Of a stretch of 28,153 nt of DNA, positions 26,942-28,153 are shown piece after piece. The stretch is from a virus (lineage: Duplodnaviria; Caudoviricetes), in IMG/VR virus record IMGVR_UViG_3300011339_000109, positions 1-28,153 of that record; one strand, given 5' to 3'. A program made the translations under genes and the position numbers. How positions within the stretch are numbered: position 1 is the first letter of the stretch; each line of letters opens with the position of its first letter. A model generated the notes under the pieces. That model made no database searches and was not told the origin of the DNA. It saw only the letters and a program-made list of their open reading frames with translations.

Positions 26942-27405
26942 AGCCTGTTGTCAAGAAAGCCACACCTGCCGCTATTGCTGTCCTTCGACAAGCCACCAAG
27001 ATAGCACCATCGCGTTCGAAAGTATCCGATGGACTTCTGCCGTCGAAAGCGCATCAGGCACAGAACCCCAATTCAGACCATAACACAGGTCTGGCTGTAG
27101 ATTTAACCCATGACCCTGCTCGTGGTATTGATTGCCATGATATCTATGAGCAACTCAAGCGCGATAAGCGTGTGAAGTATCTAATCTTTAAGGGTCAGAT
27201 ATGGATGCCAGGTCGAGGGGACAAGCCGTATACTGGTAGCAATCCACACAATAAGCATTTACATATATCAATCAAGGACAACTGTGGGAACGATGACTCC
27301 CCATGGTTCCCGTGGTTAGACAAGCCTAAGTTCTCTACTGCTGACCAAGCCAGGTTAGTGGCATTTAAACTAAAGCCCCTACCAAAGAAGAAAGAGAAGA
27401 AATGA
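26938..27405 (+). CDS. Endolysin-like Zn peptidase (M15/LAS type)
   Basis: SDHNTGLAVD (SxHxxGxAxD) and HNKHLHIS (HxH); flanked by membrane-protein genes. Confidence 0.75.
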   Translation: MKPVVKKATPAAIAVLRQATKIAPSRSKVSDGLLPSKAHQAQNPNSDHNTGLAVDLTHDPARGIDCHDIYEQLKRDKRVKYLIFKGQIWMPGRGDKPYTGSNPHNKHLHISIKDNCGNDDSPWFPWLDKPKFSTADQARLVAFKLKPLPKKKEKK

Positions 27406-27617
27406 AAGAACTAATCGAGAAGTTCCTCGGACCTAAAGAAGTAAAAGCAATCAAGGATTACGCCCTAGCAGTACTAGCATCAGCAGTAACCATGGGTATC
27501 GCCCTTGCTGCAGACATGGCACCTCAGTATGCCGTGTTGATTGGCGCAGTGGCTGCACCTGCAGCTAAATGGGCTAACAAGAACTCAAAAGATTATGGAC
27601 TAGGCTCCGAAGAGTAG
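27402..27617 (+). CDS. Holin
   Basis: 71 aa with two hydrophobic segments and a charged C-terminus; follows the lysin. Confidence 0.7.
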   Translation: MKELIEKFLGPKEVKAIKDYALAVLASAVTMGIALAADMAPQYAVLIGAVAAPAAKWANKNSKDYGLGSEE

Positions 27618-27647
27618 CCTTTTAAGGGCCCTAGCAGGCCCATAGAC

Positions 27648-27706
27648 ACAAGAAACCCCCCTTCCTAAGGTAATCACCCTAGGTTGGGGGGTCTTTTGTT
27701 GTTTTT
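27648..27706. terminator. Rho-independent terminator, probably bidirectional
   Basis: ACCCCCC...CCTAAGG/CCTAGG...GGGGGGT stem, T-rich tail downstream and A-rich run upstream; lies between convergent genes. Confidence 0.85.
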
Positions 27707-27860
27707 ACAGGTCTTCGTCGTCTGCTTCTAGGTCTTCGAGTTGGTCAGCAAAGGCCTTCAGGTCCTTCTTAAGTCGGTAGTGTCTGTATCGCTCAATTAG
27801 TTCTAGGTACACATCACGTGCTGCTATTGCTAGCAATACTCCAAAGAAAACTTCTAACAT
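27705..27860 (-). CDS. 51-aa single-pass membrane protein (start revised from 27953)
   Basis: AGGAGA RBS just before the ATG at 27860; MLEVFFGVLLAIAA followed by a charged helix and acidic tail. Confidence 0.7.
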   Translation of the reverse strand: MLEVFFGVLLAIAARDVYLELIERYRHYRLKKDLKAFADQLEDLEADDEDL

Positions 27861-27992
27861 AGTATCTCCTATAGTATAATATATATTATTATATAATATA
27901 TTGGGAGCCCTTAAAGGCTCCCTTATATAGTATATATATTTAATTATACACACAGAATCTGAGGGTGTAAGTAAGCAAGGCAGGTTTGCTTA

Positions 27993-28021
27993 TTTACACT
28001 GATGTCCTACTATGCTATGAT
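27993..28021 (+). promoter_or_regulatory. Sigma70/SigA-type promoter for a leaderless transcript
   Basis: TTTACA (27993-98), 17-nt spacer, TATGAT (28016-21) with TGn extension; ATG 6 nt downstream and no Shine-Dalgarno. Confidence 0.75.
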
Positions 28022-28027
28022 TGCGGA

Positions 28028-28153
28028 ATGATTCAACTTGGAGATTACGAATTACCTGAACACGTGAGTTACTCAGCGTTCAGTACCTATGTCGACTGTG
28101 GTTATCAGTACTACCTTGGTCGACTCATGCAAGTACCTGAGGCACCATCAGTC
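28028..28153 (+). CDS. PD-(D/E)XK (Cas4/RecB-like) exonuclease, 5' part, truncated by window end
   Basis: Translated by hand: MIQLGDYELPEHVSYSAFSTYVDCGYQYYLGRLMQVPEAPSV; S-x-S...C-x-x-x-Y-Y is the typical N-terminus of this family. Confidence 0.75.
   Translation, partial: MIQLGDYELPEHVSYSAFSTYVDCGYQYYLGRLMQVPEAPSV

Noticed and set aside
495-27617. Stop-codon reassignment as the cause of the many short ORFs
   Set aside because: Long genes are intact in the standard code, all three stops are used at sensible ends, and the short ORFs change frame at each junction.
27861-27953. N-terminal extension of the minus-strand ORF as given in the track
   Set aside because: It runs through the AT-rich regulatory region, and the RBS supports the ATG at 27860.

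Overview
The window holds the complete packaging, virion and lysis arm of a tailed dsDNA phage, almost all on the + strand and densely packed, with many TAATG/ATGA stop-start overlaps. Gene order: AT-rich control region; terminase large subunit with an N-terminal HTH; portal; a proteasome-beta/HslV-like Ntn hydrolase; a 1548-aa protein and neighbouring probable internal-virion/ejection proteins; a structured intergenic region; scaffold; major capsid protein; a chain of very small, mostly Lys-rich ORFs (two missed by the ORF track); adaptor; Ala/Ser/Thr-rich fibre; three adhesin-like genes sharing an N-terminal peptide; a GT2-like glycosyltransferase; a nozzle-like tail protein; a lysis cassette; and a terminator. 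It ends in a divergent promoter region and the leaderless start of a PD-(D/E)XK exonuclease. I see no convincing tape measure, tail tube or sheath gene, so I infer podovirus-like morphology. The leaderless gene and overall gene content suggest an actinobacterial, probably freshwater, host (inference). The most unusual elements are the proteasome-like enzyme in the head module, the micro-protein cluster, the pseudoknotted RNA candidate, the shared-anchor adhesin cassette and a capsid insertion domain paired with a glycosyltransferase. All family calls come from motif recognition by eye; no searches were run.
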